From Octopus bimaculoides (lineage: Eukaryota), in assembly GCF_001194135.2 (NCBI RefSeq), contig NC_069009.1, positions 9,551,509 through 9,600,543 on the forward strand: DNA of 49,035 nt, written 5' to 3'. The translations under genes were made by a program, and so were the position numbers. The notes below the pieces were generated by a model, which was not told the DNA's origin, searched no databases, and was given only the letters and a program-made list of their open reading frames with translations. Positions within the stretch are counted from its first letter, which is position 1; each line of letters begins with the position of its first letter. Of this stretch, positions 1 through 10,986 are shown piece by piece.

Positions 1-903
1 GGTTGGATGGTTTGACTGAGGTCTGGAGAGCCAGTGGTTGCACCAGGTTCCAATCTGATCTGGCAGTGTTTCTACAGCTGGATGCCCTTCCTAATGCCAA
101 CCACTCCGAGAGTGTAGTGGGTGATTTTTATGTGCCACCGGCACGAGGTCAGTCAGATGATCCTGGCATCGATCACGTTTGGATAGTGTTTTTTATGTGC
201 CACCAGTACAGGAGCCAGTCAGGCAGACCTAGTATCGATCATGTTTAGATGGTGCTTGTTACACGCCACCGGAACAGGGAGCTAGTGATATGACACTGGC
301 ATCAACCACATTCAGATGATGCCTTTTATGTGCCAACAGAACAGGCCAGTCAGGGGGCACTGGCCACAGCTTTGATTTTGGTTTTACTTGACTCAACAGG
401 TCTTCTCAAGCATATCATGTCACCTGATGCATCAAGGGTGCTCTTAAATGGGCCGGACATGTCACACTAGCATCGGCCATGACTGTGACCTCAATTTAGT
501 TGCCAGGTCTTCTGAATCACAGCATATTTCTAAAGGTCTCGGTCTCCTGTCATTGCCTCTGTGAGGCCCAATGTTCGAAGGCAATGTTTCACCATCTCAT
601 CTTATGTCTTCCTGGGTATACCTCTTCCACAGATTCCTTCTACAGTTAGGAAGTGGCACTTCCTCACACAGTGTTCCTCATCCATACGTAACACATGACC
701 ATACCAGTGCAGTCGTCTCTTTTGCACACCACATTTGATGCTTCTTATGTCCAACTTTTCTCTCAGACACTTACACTGTGTCATGTATGCACACTAACAT
801 TACGCATCCAGCGGATCATTCTAGCTTCATTTCCGTCAAGCCTACACATGTCCTCAGCAGTCATGGCCCATGTTTCACTGCCATGTAGCATGGAAGTTTG
901 CAC
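1..903 (-). mobile_element. RTE-clade LINE 3' fragment (ORF C-terminus plus 3'UTR with internal ~55-60 bp repeats)
   Basis: ORF 602-784 (LREKLDIRSIKCGVQKRRLHWYGHVLRMDE...GRGIPRKT) is a typical RTE C-terminus. The 3'UTR matches other copies at 8408, 22645 and 42055. Confidence 0.85.
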
Positions 904-1269
904 TCAGAAATGATTTATCTCAATTAAGACGGACATCATCTACGACATTGCTAGCTTTCTATATCTCTGGGAGTCATACAAAATGTACCAGTCATATACT
1001 GGGCTAAAATCAATCCTCTAACACCAGTCCATTATCATCATCATCTTACATCCATTTTACTAAGTTTGTAATAGTCAGACGACTTCTTCCAGAGTTGTTG
1101 TGGTCCTTTGTCAGGTTTGATTGCTTATTTCCTTTGATTTGAATTCCAGGCATTTCTTTATCCAAATTTCATCTTCCATATCCCTTCTATATCTATACTA
1201 TTATTTGTTTTTCTTGTGAACTATCACAGATTCTTCTGAGACCCAGTTTTTTGGCTCCAAGTTTTCAAC

Positions 1270-1800
1270 ACATCAACATTTCATTTTTAGTGATGTATGC
1301 TCACCTCATTTCCTGGCAGTATCCACGCATTCCATGTAACATTACACTTTATAAATACACCTCATGCAATCTCTCCTTCATTTGGAGACAGAATCCCTTA
1401 GTTGCCAGTAGACATAACAGCCCCCTGTACATTTTTCATCTCGTTTTCCTTCTACCTACTGTGCTTTCAGAATAGTCTCCTCCACTTCTAATTCTGTCTC
1501 TTAAGTAATAGAAACTATCAACTTTGTCTTTATTACTTGTTCCTACTATGAACTATTCCTGTATATCTGCTACTTACAAAGTCCTTCCCTAACCCTAGCC
1601 CTAACCTGCTCTCCCTGTAAACTTGCTTGTGGATGCAGTGATTCTTTCAGGACCCAAGTTTTGTAGGTGTATGGTGTAGATTTTGGTGATTCTTGTCTTA
1701 TTACCTACAAACTAAAACTCTTCTCATTGCTTTGTTTACTCTAGGGCCTCTCCTGTATTAGATTCTTCTAAATTGTGGCCTAGATCCATTGAAAGAAGTT
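1270..1800 (-). mobile_element. Degenerate RTE LINE fragment (post-RT region)
   Basis: Manual minus-strand translation KVDSFYYLRDRIRSGGDYSES...LLATKGFCLQMKERLHEVY with stops resembles the RTE 'DSFxYLGD...GRLYxACV' region. Confidence 0.6.
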
Positions 1801-1937
1801 CTTGTTATAAGTCATGAATCCAAAAACCTTAAGCCAGNNNNNNNNNNNNNNNNNNNNNNNNNNNNNNNNNNNNNNNNNNNNNNNNNNNNNNNNNNNNNNN
1901 NNNNNNNNNNNNNNNNNNNNNNNNNNNNNNNNNNNNN

Positions 1938-2334
1938 CGTCAAAAGAGGTGTTTTTCCTATCCACCAGTGATGTCCTCTTCAGCAACAAGTCTTCCCTTG
2001 TGGCTGTACACGTTTTGCAGCCTCGTCCTTTACAATTTATGAAAGAATTTCTCTCATTCTACCTTTTGATGGAAATCTTTTCTTGAGCATTTCAATTTTC
2101 TTGCAATTTCAACTTGAGAGAATCCTTGACTTGATAATGCAATGATTTGAGACCTTTGAGCTCCAGGAATCTATTTCTTTGGAGACATTTTTAACAACTA
2201 TTAACGACTGATAAGTTATCAATAAGATATTCAATGAAAAAATAGGAAATAACATTAGTGTCACAAAATGAATGGCTGAAAATTGACCCAGCCATTTTCA
2301 CCAACACTAATTAGATGTTATTTTTTAAACATTG
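1938..2334 (-). mobile_element. Tc1-like transposase 5' fragment (N-terminal HTH), cut by a gap
   Basis: From ATG at 2188 (-): MSPKK*IPGAQRSQIIALSSQGFSQVEIARKLKCS...KGRGCKTCTATREDLLLKRTSLVDRK. This is a paired-like HTH with a GRGR-like linker. A possible TA|CAATG terminus lies at 2334. Confidence 0.65.
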
Positions 2335-3181
2335 TAGAGGCATTTTCAATTAGTTGATCTCAATTATCGTTAGTGACAAATGTGGTAGAGTAGTTGAGGT
2401 GGAGTGGGGGAGTGAGTAGTGTTACACATATTCCTTGTAATGTTGTTTTTGTATTAATTACAACATCAGAAAGACAGTTTGTGTCAGTCAAACCCTTGTA
2501 CAGAGGTGTAAATTGTGTGTCCTCAAATTTGTTTGTAACTGGGTTTTCACCCCCATTGCAATGTAGCAGATTCATATAGGGGTCATTAAACAGGTGAGGA
2601 AACTTTGATTGATGTCTAGAAGAAGGTTGTGAGAGATATCCTAGATTCTTGAGAAGCAGTTCTTTTGTGCCTTTTCAGATATTTGCACTACAAATTACAC
2701 TTATATGTAGTTAATGAGGTTTTTATGCAAGTGTAGAGTGTTTGAGGACACCTGTTATTATTTTCCTTTTCCACCTGTGTAGACATGTTGTTTCCTGTGG
2801 GGATATATTCCCAGAATGTCTCTGGTTAGAATATATATTTTAGATATAAACTAAAAGCAATATAATATTAAATCTGTTTAAAGATATTGATATTCAAATT
2901 ACTTTTGTTAAATTGAGTATTGAACTCTGAACATGTTTACATTTAAACAAAGTATTGGTATTAACATAAAATATACAGATAGGAATAAAATATGTGTTCC
3001 AGTGAGATTTGAACATGCAACACCTTGTTCCTAACTATATATGATTAACACTTGTTATAATGTTGGCCATCCTTTTCGACANNNNNNNNNNNNNNNNNNN
3101 NNNNNNNNNNNNNNNNNNNNNNNNNNNNNNNNNNNNNNNNNNNNNNNNNNNNNNNNNNNNNNNNNNNNNNNNNNNNNNNNN

Positions 3182-3371
3182 GTCGACGGAGACATTAAAA
3201 ACTGGGGAGGTGGTACTCCTACCCACTTATCTTGGGAGGTGGACTTCCAATATTAAGATAGGAGACATCCCAGTTGAAGTAGATCCCGCTTGGCTGGTGG
3301 CAGCCATAATAAATGGCTTGGAGGATAAAATTTCAATCCTCCAAGCCTCAGCACTGGAATTGCAAAATTAG
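3182..3371 (+). mobile_element. Possible LINE ORF1-like fragment (unassigned)
   Basis: Open stretch VVLLPTYLGRWTSNIKIGDIPVEVDPAWLVAAI. Resemblance to retrotransposon ORF1 is from recall only. Confidence 0.25.
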
Positions 3372-4276
3372 CTTCAAGAACTCCCTATAACCCCTCATAT
3401 CTTTCTTTAATCTCTGGAATTTTCAGAAAATCGTTGCTAATGTATATTCTACACATGGGAGTTCATACAATTATGCAAAAACAAACAAAAAGATTTTTCG
3501 TGATTTAAAGGTTTGGCTGTTATTTTTAGCACATCTCACGACGACCAAAGACCGTCCTCATTTGTTTGTCACTGATATATTGCTGTTCAATATTTTTCTC
3601 CCCATAAACACATTTAATGGTCCATTGCTGGGATTTAAGCTCAAAAATCAGACTCTGTATTTTAAACCATAATTTATTTTTAATTCGAAAAATTAAAAAC
3701 AAAAAGTCNNNNNNNNNNNNNNNNNNNNNNNNNNNNNNNNNNNNNNNNNNNNNNNNNNNNNNNNNNNNNNNNNNNNNNNNNNNNNNNNNNNNNNNNNNNN
3801 NNNNNNNNNNNNNNNNNNNNNNNNNNNNNNNNNNNNNNNNNNNNNNNNNNNNNNNNNNNNNNNNNNNNNNNNNNNNNNNNNNNNNNNNNNNNNNNNNNNN
3901 NNNNNNNNNNNNNNNNNNNNNNNNNNNNNNNNNNNNNNNNNNNNNNNNNNNNNNNNNNNNNNNNNNNNNNNNNNNNNNNNNNNNNNNNNNNNNNNNNNNN
4001 NNNNNNNNNNNNNNNNNNNNNNNNNNNNNNNNNNNNNNNNNNNNNNNNNNNNNNNNNNNNNNNNNNNNNNNNNNNNNNNNNNNNNNNNNNNNNNNNNNNN
4101 NNNNNNNNNNNNNNNNNNNNNNNNNNNNNNNNNNNNNNNNNNNNNNNNNNNNNNNNNNNNNNNNNNNNNNNNNGGATATTTCCTAATGAAATATGTTTGG
4201 TGCTACTTTGGCATGTGATCTACAATTTAAAGGTAGATTACTTTAGTTTACTTTTCAATTTCTAAAAACCCTTAAG

Positions 4277-4480
4277 ATGTTGGCTAAAGATTATTACAAT
4301 GTGATCAGCGATGAGATGAAGGCTGTTACATTTCTATGAAGGGATGGCCTTTTAAATGATGATGAAAATGTTACACCATGTCATCGTTGTGGTGGAGAAA
4401 TGAAGGAAGCTCGAAGTAAAGGGAAAAACGGTGAAATTTTGCCAACTTTACATTGCAAAACTTGCAACTGCCAAACTTGT
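4277..4480 (+). mobile_element. Merlin/IS1595-like transposase N-terminal zinc-ribbon fragment
   Basis: MLAKDYYNVISDEMKAVTFL*RDGLLNDDENVTPCHRCGGEMKE...LHCKTCNC in one frame with one stop. It has a CxxC...CxxC ribbon after 'FLxxxGLL'. Confidence 0.45.
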
Positions 4481-4509
4481 GTGATGTACGCGATTATCCT
4501 AATTATTAT

Positions 4510-5475
4510 ATCACTGGGGTATACGGGGGCCATGGTATTGGTACCCGGAACGATGAGGGAACTAGGCTACTGGAGTTCTGTGATGCATGTAACCTTTTAA
4601 TGTGCAACACTAACTTCAGGAAGTCAGACAGTCACCCGATAACCTCTCAATCAGGGGAGTCTGCTTACCAGATTGATTTCATCCTCACCAGACAGTGGGA
4701 CACAGGGTTGCTCTTAAATACTAAGACCCTCCCGGGTGAAGAATGTACCCCCTACCCAGCATAGGCTAGTCATTAGTGACTTTAGGCTCGAGGCCAGAAG
4801 GATACCAAGAAGTAGATTAATGTAAAAAAGAAGGATTTGGAAGCTAAAGAACCCTTCACATGGTCAGAGATTTAGGGACACCCTCATCAAGAAATGTGAT
4901 GAGAGGGAGGAGGAGCTACAGACATCGGACATAGAAGGTAGCTGGAAATTCCTACGGGACAGCTTGCTGCGTGCCACAGACCAAGTCTGCGGATGGTGCA
5001 AAGTCCCTTCCAGACCTAGAGTTACGTGGTGGTAGAATAGGACTGTAGACAAAGCCATTAGAGCAAAGAAACAGGCCTGGAAAGCCTTGAAGGGTGGGGT
5101 AGCAGGGAACTGTACCAGGTAGCCAAGAGGGAGGCTGGGTGGCAGGTATATATAGACAAGGGTGAAGTGGAAAAGAAGAAGTTTGCCAATGCCCAGTGAT
5201 GTGAGGACCAAAGAACTGAGGTATTTTGGATAGCAAGACAGTGTGTGAGAGAAAATTGTGATGTCACAGGAGAGAAATGTGTCTGCATGAATGATGGTGC
5301 ACTTGCTTTTAATGATTCTGAAAAGAAAGAGGCTTGGAGATGCTATTATGAAAGGCTGCTGAATGGGAGGAGATCCTGCCAAATGTTGACCCAGTCAAGG
5401 GACCAACTACCCGAATCGATAGCACCCTGGTAGATAAAGCAATTAAGGATATGAAGACAGGAAAAGCACCCAGCC
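4510..5475 (+). mobile_element. RTE LINE fragment: AP-endonuclease C-terminus and linker to RT
   Basis: GGHGIGTRNDEGTRLLEFCDACNLLMCNTNFRK...QIDFIL, then EAWRCYYERLLN and ...IKDMKTGKAP. Confidence 0.85.
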
Positions 5476-5499
5476 AAAACGCAAAACTCATTGTGATAT

Positions 5500-5615
5500 C
5501 AGCGTGTTTGGCGACTGTTTCCGCCGATGTATCAGATAAGGGCCAAGCTTCGGGCCACCGCGAAAAACCATCTCCACAGGTAAGCAAATATGTATAATTC
5601 TGCGAAGGTTGCATT
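5500..5615 (-). mobile_element. Ty3/Gypsy integrase core fragment
   Basis: YTYLLTCGDGFSRWPEAWPLSDTSAETVAKH resembles the integrase 'YLLTxVDxFSRWPEAxPL' motif. Confidence 0.75.
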
Positions 5616-5639
5616 CTCCGTCGTTCGAATGAAGGTAAT

Positions 5640-5905
5640 GTCAGGCACAGGCGTGGCTGTGTGGTAAGAAGCATGCTTCCCAACCACACGATACTGGTTT
5701 CAGTACCATAGTGTGGCACCTTGGGCATGTGACTTCTACTATAGCCTATGCCNNNNNNNNNNCATAGTGTGGCACCTTGGGCATGTGACTTCTACTATAG
5801 CCTATGCCAACCAAAGCTTTGTGAATGGATTTGGTAGACAGAAACTGAAAGAAGCCCATCATATCTATAATAGTCCAGACGAAAGATGTGTGTGTGTGAC
5901 TGACC
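5640..5905 (+). mobile_element. tRNA-head SINE, family A (partial)
   Basis: Head GGCTGTGTGGTAAGAAG, then ggcaccttgggca core and gatttggtagac..aaactgaaagaagccc. Other copies lie at 23320, 27378, 31050, 32650 and 43560. Confidence 0.8.
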
Positions 5906-6659
5906 ATTAGTTTGATCTCACGTAAAATCAATGTTTTTCAGCGGATTTCGTGTATTCTTGGAAAATATATGAAATATGTTCCACAGAAGGTTCTACACTC
6001 TTTAGATTTGTCATTTATGGAGCAATGGGGCAGCTAGGATCAGAAGGACAGAAAANNNNNNNNNNNNNNNNNNNNNNNNNNNNNNNNNNNNNNNNNNNNN
6101 NNNNNNNNNNNNNNNNNNNNNNNNNNNNNNNNNNNNNNNNNNNNNNNNNNNNNNNNNNNNNNNNNNNNNNNNNNNNNNNNNNNNNNNNNNNNNNNNNNNN
6201 NNNNNNNNNNNNNNNNNNNNNNNNNNNNNNNNNNNNNNNNNNNNNNNNNNNNNNNNNNNNNNNNNNNNNNNNNNNNNNNNNNNNNNNNNNNNNNNNNNNN
6301 NNNNNNNNNNNNNNNNNNNNNNNNNNNNNNNNNNNNNNNNNNNNNNNNNNNNNNNNNNNNNNNNNNNNNNNNNNNNNNNNNNNNNNNNNNNNNNNNNNNN
6401 NNNNNNNNNNNNNNNNNNNNNNNNNNNNNNNNNNNNNNNNNNNNNNNNNNNNNNNNNNNNNNNNNNNNNNNNNNNNNNNNNNNNNNNNNNNNNNNNNNNN
6501 NNNNNNNNNNNNNNNNNNNNNNNNNNNNNNNNNNNNNNNNNNNNNNNNNNNNNNNNNNNNNNNNNNNNNNNNNNNNNNNNNNNNNNNNNNNNNNNNNNNN
6601 NNNNNNNNNNNNNNNNNNNNNNNNNCCTGCTTCGCAGGCCGTTGCTGGAATTCTGTTCT

Positions 6660-7085
6660 TTTCTCTGCTATAAAAGGTAGGGAAGAGGGGGGCGTCAAGA
6701 AAAGTTAACAGAACTGTGAACAACAGAATGAATGGATTAATTGTTGCTGTGGCCGAAAACCCAGAAATCAACAGAATTATTCTGGTGGTTGAAGGGAGAT
6801 AATCAGACTTGGCTGCTTTGAATATTTGATAGGGAGGAGACACGCATGCGCATTGAAACGTGATTCCTAATTGATATTGACTTCCGGTTCAATGTCCTTT
6901 CAATGAATTTCTTTTAATCAGCTGATAATAATAAATCCATTTAGAATTCTTAGAATCCAGATCTCGACTACCACTTTATACACACATATATAAACAACAC
7001 GATCCTTTATAAGACATTTGCGTAAGTATTAATGAAAATATTCTGTTTTTAATTCTGGAGACTTTCGCTTTTTGGCGCCTTAATT
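6660..7085 (+). promoter_or_regulatory. Putative promoter, non-coding exon 1 and donor of ZNF gene A
   Basis: TATAAAAG 6669-6676; CGCATGCGCA (NRF1-type) 6843-6852; ACTTCCGG (ETS) 6880-6887; donor C|GTAAGT at 7021/7022; TTTGGCGC (E2F-type) 7071-7078. All are conserved in the paralogue at 15405-15805. Confidence 0.65.
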
Positions 7086-7415
7086 CTTTGTTTCTTTTCT
7101 ATGTTTTATGGAAGAGAGATGTCCTTGATTTGTGCGGTATTTGGCTGCTATTTCTATTTATGAATGAGAAATGTCCATGATTTGTGTGAGATTTGGCTGC
7201 TATTTCTAGCTATGGTAGAGAGATGACTGAATTATGCGGGATTTGGCTGCTATTTCTAGCTATGGGCGAGAGGTGTCTATGAATTATTCGGGATTTGGCT
7301 GCTATTTCTAGCTATGAGCGAGAGATGTCGATGAATTATTCGGGATTTGGCTGCTATTTCTATTTTTGGGAGAGAGATGTCTATGAATTAGGCGGGATTT
7401 GGCTGCTATTTCTAG
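7084..7415. repeat. 52-bp minisatellite, about 6 diverged units
   Basis: Core GGGATTTGGCTGCTATTTCT recurs at 7136, 7188, 7238, 7290, 7342 and 7394. Confidence 0.9.
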
Positions 7416-8224
7416 TTGTGCATGCTACCTTCTGCCCTCCGTTGTTGCATGAGAAATATTCTCAATTACACTCCAACCCCCGAAATGTTTGGAAACCAGT
7501 TCTTTATTTTAATTTATCGATGTGTACCCTAACAATTAGTAATTTGTTTCTTCATAACATTCTGAAAAATGGGGAATTTGAAATTAAATTATCTGGAAGA
7601 ATGTTTCATATGGTGTAGATACGGATTAGATAGGAATTTTGCGTGAAAAGAATGCGTGTTACGGAGAATATAAAAACGTGGTCTCTATTTCCTCATCCTT
7701 GTTGATTCAAAATTATGTTGAAAAATAAGGTGGAGTGTCGAAACAGCTCATCCACATAAGTTGGATATTATTTGCTTTGAAGGGGATCTTTTCAGGTTAT
7801 CTTCACGACGCATTTCTAAATGATGGGGGAGGCCTTTTATGAAAAAGTTAGGAAAATCTGATCTCCACCGAACACCATTACAATTCTTGGGTATAATGTT
7901 GTATAACGTCGTAAAACGATTAAAGTAAATGGATGATTTTGTTGTTTGGTTGTATAATAGAATATAAATTAGCGCAGGTAAACTAGGTACAACCCCTAAT
8001 CACTGGGTGTACGTATTCTTTCTTTCGCCTATAAATTTTTACCTGGCAACATTTTTTTGGCAACTTCACGAACGAAACAGAGAAAGAAAGAAGTGGGGCA
8101 GAAGAAAATGGGTTGGGNNNNNNNNNNACTCCCCCCCCCCCAAGAAAAAACACCCTTTAAAATTTTTTCTCCATGTCTGCACATATTTTTATGTCGATGT
8201 GTTAAGTGATATGAAGAGACACAG

Positions 8225-8375
8225 AGGACAACCTTCTTTCATTTTCTGTCTATCAAATCCATTCAGATGGCTTTAGTTTAGATGTGCACTGATGCTATTA
8301 AAGAAGAGACTTGCTCAAGGTGCTGCTCTGTGGGACCGAACTTCAAATCACTTGGATGGAAAGCAAAGTTGTTAA
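8225..8375 (-). mobile_element. SINE family A fragment
   Basis: ttcattttctgtctatcaaatcc...cttgctcaaggtgc...gggaccgaac is the reverse complement of the family A head and body. Confidence 0.6.
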
Positions 8376-8407
8376 AATTTTTTGTTTGTTTTTCTAATTC
8401 AGTTGTC

Positions 8408-9680
8408 CATCATCATCATTTAACGTCCACTTTCCATGCTAGCATGGGTTGGACGATTTGACTGGTGAACCGGATGGCTGCACCAGGCTCCAATGTGATC
8501 TGACAGAGTTTCTACAGCTGGATGCTCTTCCTAACACCAACCACTCCGAGAGTGTAGTGGGTGCTTTTACATGCCACCGGTACGAGGGCCAGTCACGTGG
8601 TACTGGCAACGGCCGTGCACAAAATGGTGTTTTTTATGTGCCACCTGCACAGGAGCCANNNNNNNNNNNNNNNNNNNNNNNNNNNNNNNNNNNNNNNNNN
8701 NNNNNNNNNNNNNNNNNNNNNNNNNNNNNNNNNNNNNNNNNNNNNNNNNNNNNNNNNNNNNNNNNNNNNNNNNNNNNNNNNNNNNNNNNNNNNNNNNNNN
8801 NNNNNNNNNNNNNNNNNNNNNNNNNNNNNNNNNNNNNNNNNNNNNNNNNNNNNNNNNNNNNNNNNNNNNNNNNNNNNNNNNNNNNNNNNNNNNNNNNNNN
8901 NNNNNNNNNNNNNNNNNNNNNNNNNNNNNNNNNNNNNNNNNNNNNNNNNNNNNNNNNNNNNNNNNNNNNNNNNNNNNNNNNNNNNNNNNNNNNNNNNNNN
9001 NNNNNNNNNNNNNNNNNNNNNNNNNNNNNNNNNNNNNNNNNNNNNNNNNNNNNNNNNNNNNNNNNNNNNNNNNNNNNNNNNNNNNNNNNNNNNNNNNNNN
9101 NNNNNNNNNNNNNNNNNNNNNNNNNNNNNNNNNNNNNNNNNNNNNNNNNNNNNNNNNNNNNNNNNNNNNNNNNNNNNNNNNNNNNNNNNNNNNNNNNNNN
9201 NNNNNNNNNNNNNNNNNNNNNNNNNNNNNNNNNNNNNNNNNNNNNNNNNNNNNNNNNNNNNNNNNNNNNNNNNNNNNNNNNNNNNNNNNNNNNNNNNNNN
9301 NNNNNNNNNNNNNNNNNNNNNNNNNNNNNNNNNNNNNNNNNNNNNNNNNNNNNNNNNNNNNNNNNNNNNNNNNGTGGCACTTTTTCACACAGCTATCCTC
9401 ATCCATTCTCGCCACATGACCATACCAGCGCAGTCGTCTCTCTTGCACACCACAACTGATGCTTCTTAGGTTCAACTTTTCTCTCAAGGCACTTACACTC
9501 TGTCGTGTATGCACACTGACATTACACATCCATTGGAGCATACTGGCTTCATTTCTTGCGAGCCTACGCATGTCCTCAGCAGTCCTGGCCCAAGTTTCAC
9601 TGCCACGTAGCATGGCTGTTCGTACACATGCGTCATACAGTCTGCCTTTTTCATCAATGTTTATTCTTGTTTGATCTGTC
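8408..9680 (-). mobile_element. RTE LINE 3' end (gapped)
   Basis: GRLYDACVRTAMLRGSETWA...LQWMCNV...RRLRWYGHVARMDEDSCVKKCH. The 3'UTR ends in a (GAT)n tail at ~8410. Confidence 0.9.
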
Positions 9681-10039
9681 ATTAAAATTGTAGGTCCTGC
9701 GACTAACCATGTGATCATACAACCTGCTAGAAATAACAGCGCAATTCCCTTCAATTTTCCCTTCCAGTCAGAAATATGAAAGATTACAGAAATAGACAGG
9801 ATGTTCATGGATGGAAAGTTCATAATTACATGTCTGTTCCTGTCAGAACTGACTGGGATCTAAACAACAATGTCAAGTTATATTTCTGGAGAAAGACTAA
9901 TGTTAGTGTCCACCATTCTGTAGTTTTTCTTTTCAAACTGTTACACAATGGGAAGGTGTCAGTGTAGTTTGCAAGTATGGAAGCTTCACACAGGATCCTA
10001 TGATGTCAATTTTAATGAATTAAGTTCATCCTCATCTTT

Positions 10040-10490
10040 TAATGTATGTTGTCCATGATAAAATGGGTTGGACGGTTTGAGAAGGGGAGCTGCAGCACAC
10101 ACCAGTCTGATTTGTGATGGTATCTACAGCTAGATGCCCTTCCTAGTGCCAACCACTTCACATTCCACACGATGCCTTTATGTGGCACTGCACAGGCACT
10201 TTAATGTGGTGGCACTTTGACAGTGCAAGTCCGCTTTTGTGAAGAACAGACAAATGTGCTTTTAGCCATCAGAGGGACGAGTCTGAATACTTCTCCCTTG
10301 GAGAATGGGTCTTCTTGAGTGCAGCGAGGTGCCAGGTATCTTGGTCTTTATCATATCACCTGAAGGGTTCAGCATCCTGAGTTTGCTCATCGGCACTTCA
10401 TCCCATGTCTTCTTGGGTGTCCTGCTTCCACATCTTCCATCTTCTTTGAGAGATTGGCACTTCTTCATGGAACTGTTGGCATCCAGCTCA
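10040..10490 (-). mobile_element. Degenerate RTE 3' end
   Basis: KKCQSLKEDGRCGSRTPKKTWDEV plus 3'UTR motifs (gggttggacggtttg, gatgcccttcctagtgccaaccac). Confidence 0.7.
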
Positions 10491-10986
10491 GTTGTTAAAA
10501 GAAATGTTTGTTTCTACAGTTTATCTCAATAGAAATGAATTAGTATTTTTTAAGTTGCCTCTACATTTTACACTGTTCTTTACACTATAATTTCAGAACA
10601 TCAGATGACAGAAGAAGCATCCTCAATATCTACCACATTTGAAAGACTAAGCGAAAATATTATATAAAAGAGATGTATAACATTGTTTCTACAAATCTGT
10701 GGAAGAATTCCTGTGAAACATTTGCTCTAAAATATTGATATTAACCAAATTTCTCAACATCACTGACTAGTATGTCAAGAACTGGAGCGTATGTATCACT
10801 AAAACTTGGATAAATTTACAGACGTTTTGCTGAACAAAGACTACACTAGAGGGAAATCCTGTAGTAGAAGTGTATGTAAGGAATAAAGTATAAAAACAAA
10901 AGCAAGAAAAATATATTGACTGGGATTTGAGAGAAAAAGTAAAAGAAAAGAGAGAAAATTATAGAATTGATTTTTCCTCTTAACAC

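Noticed and set aside
1588-1606. CCTAACCCTAGCCCTAACC as an interstitial telomere
   Set aside because: About three imperfect units inside a degenerate RTE; compatible with chance.
2340-2860. Short ORFs 2360-2579 as a gene
   Set aside because: No recognisable motif; left unassigned.
3617-4186. Long ORFs running through N blocks (also 5950-6843, 8449-9823, 27775-28390, 47498-48304)
   Set aside because: Their length comes from assembly gaps translated as X.
5707-5808. Exact 46-bp direct repeat on both sides of a 10-N gap
   Set aside because: Typical unmerged contig overlap, not biology.
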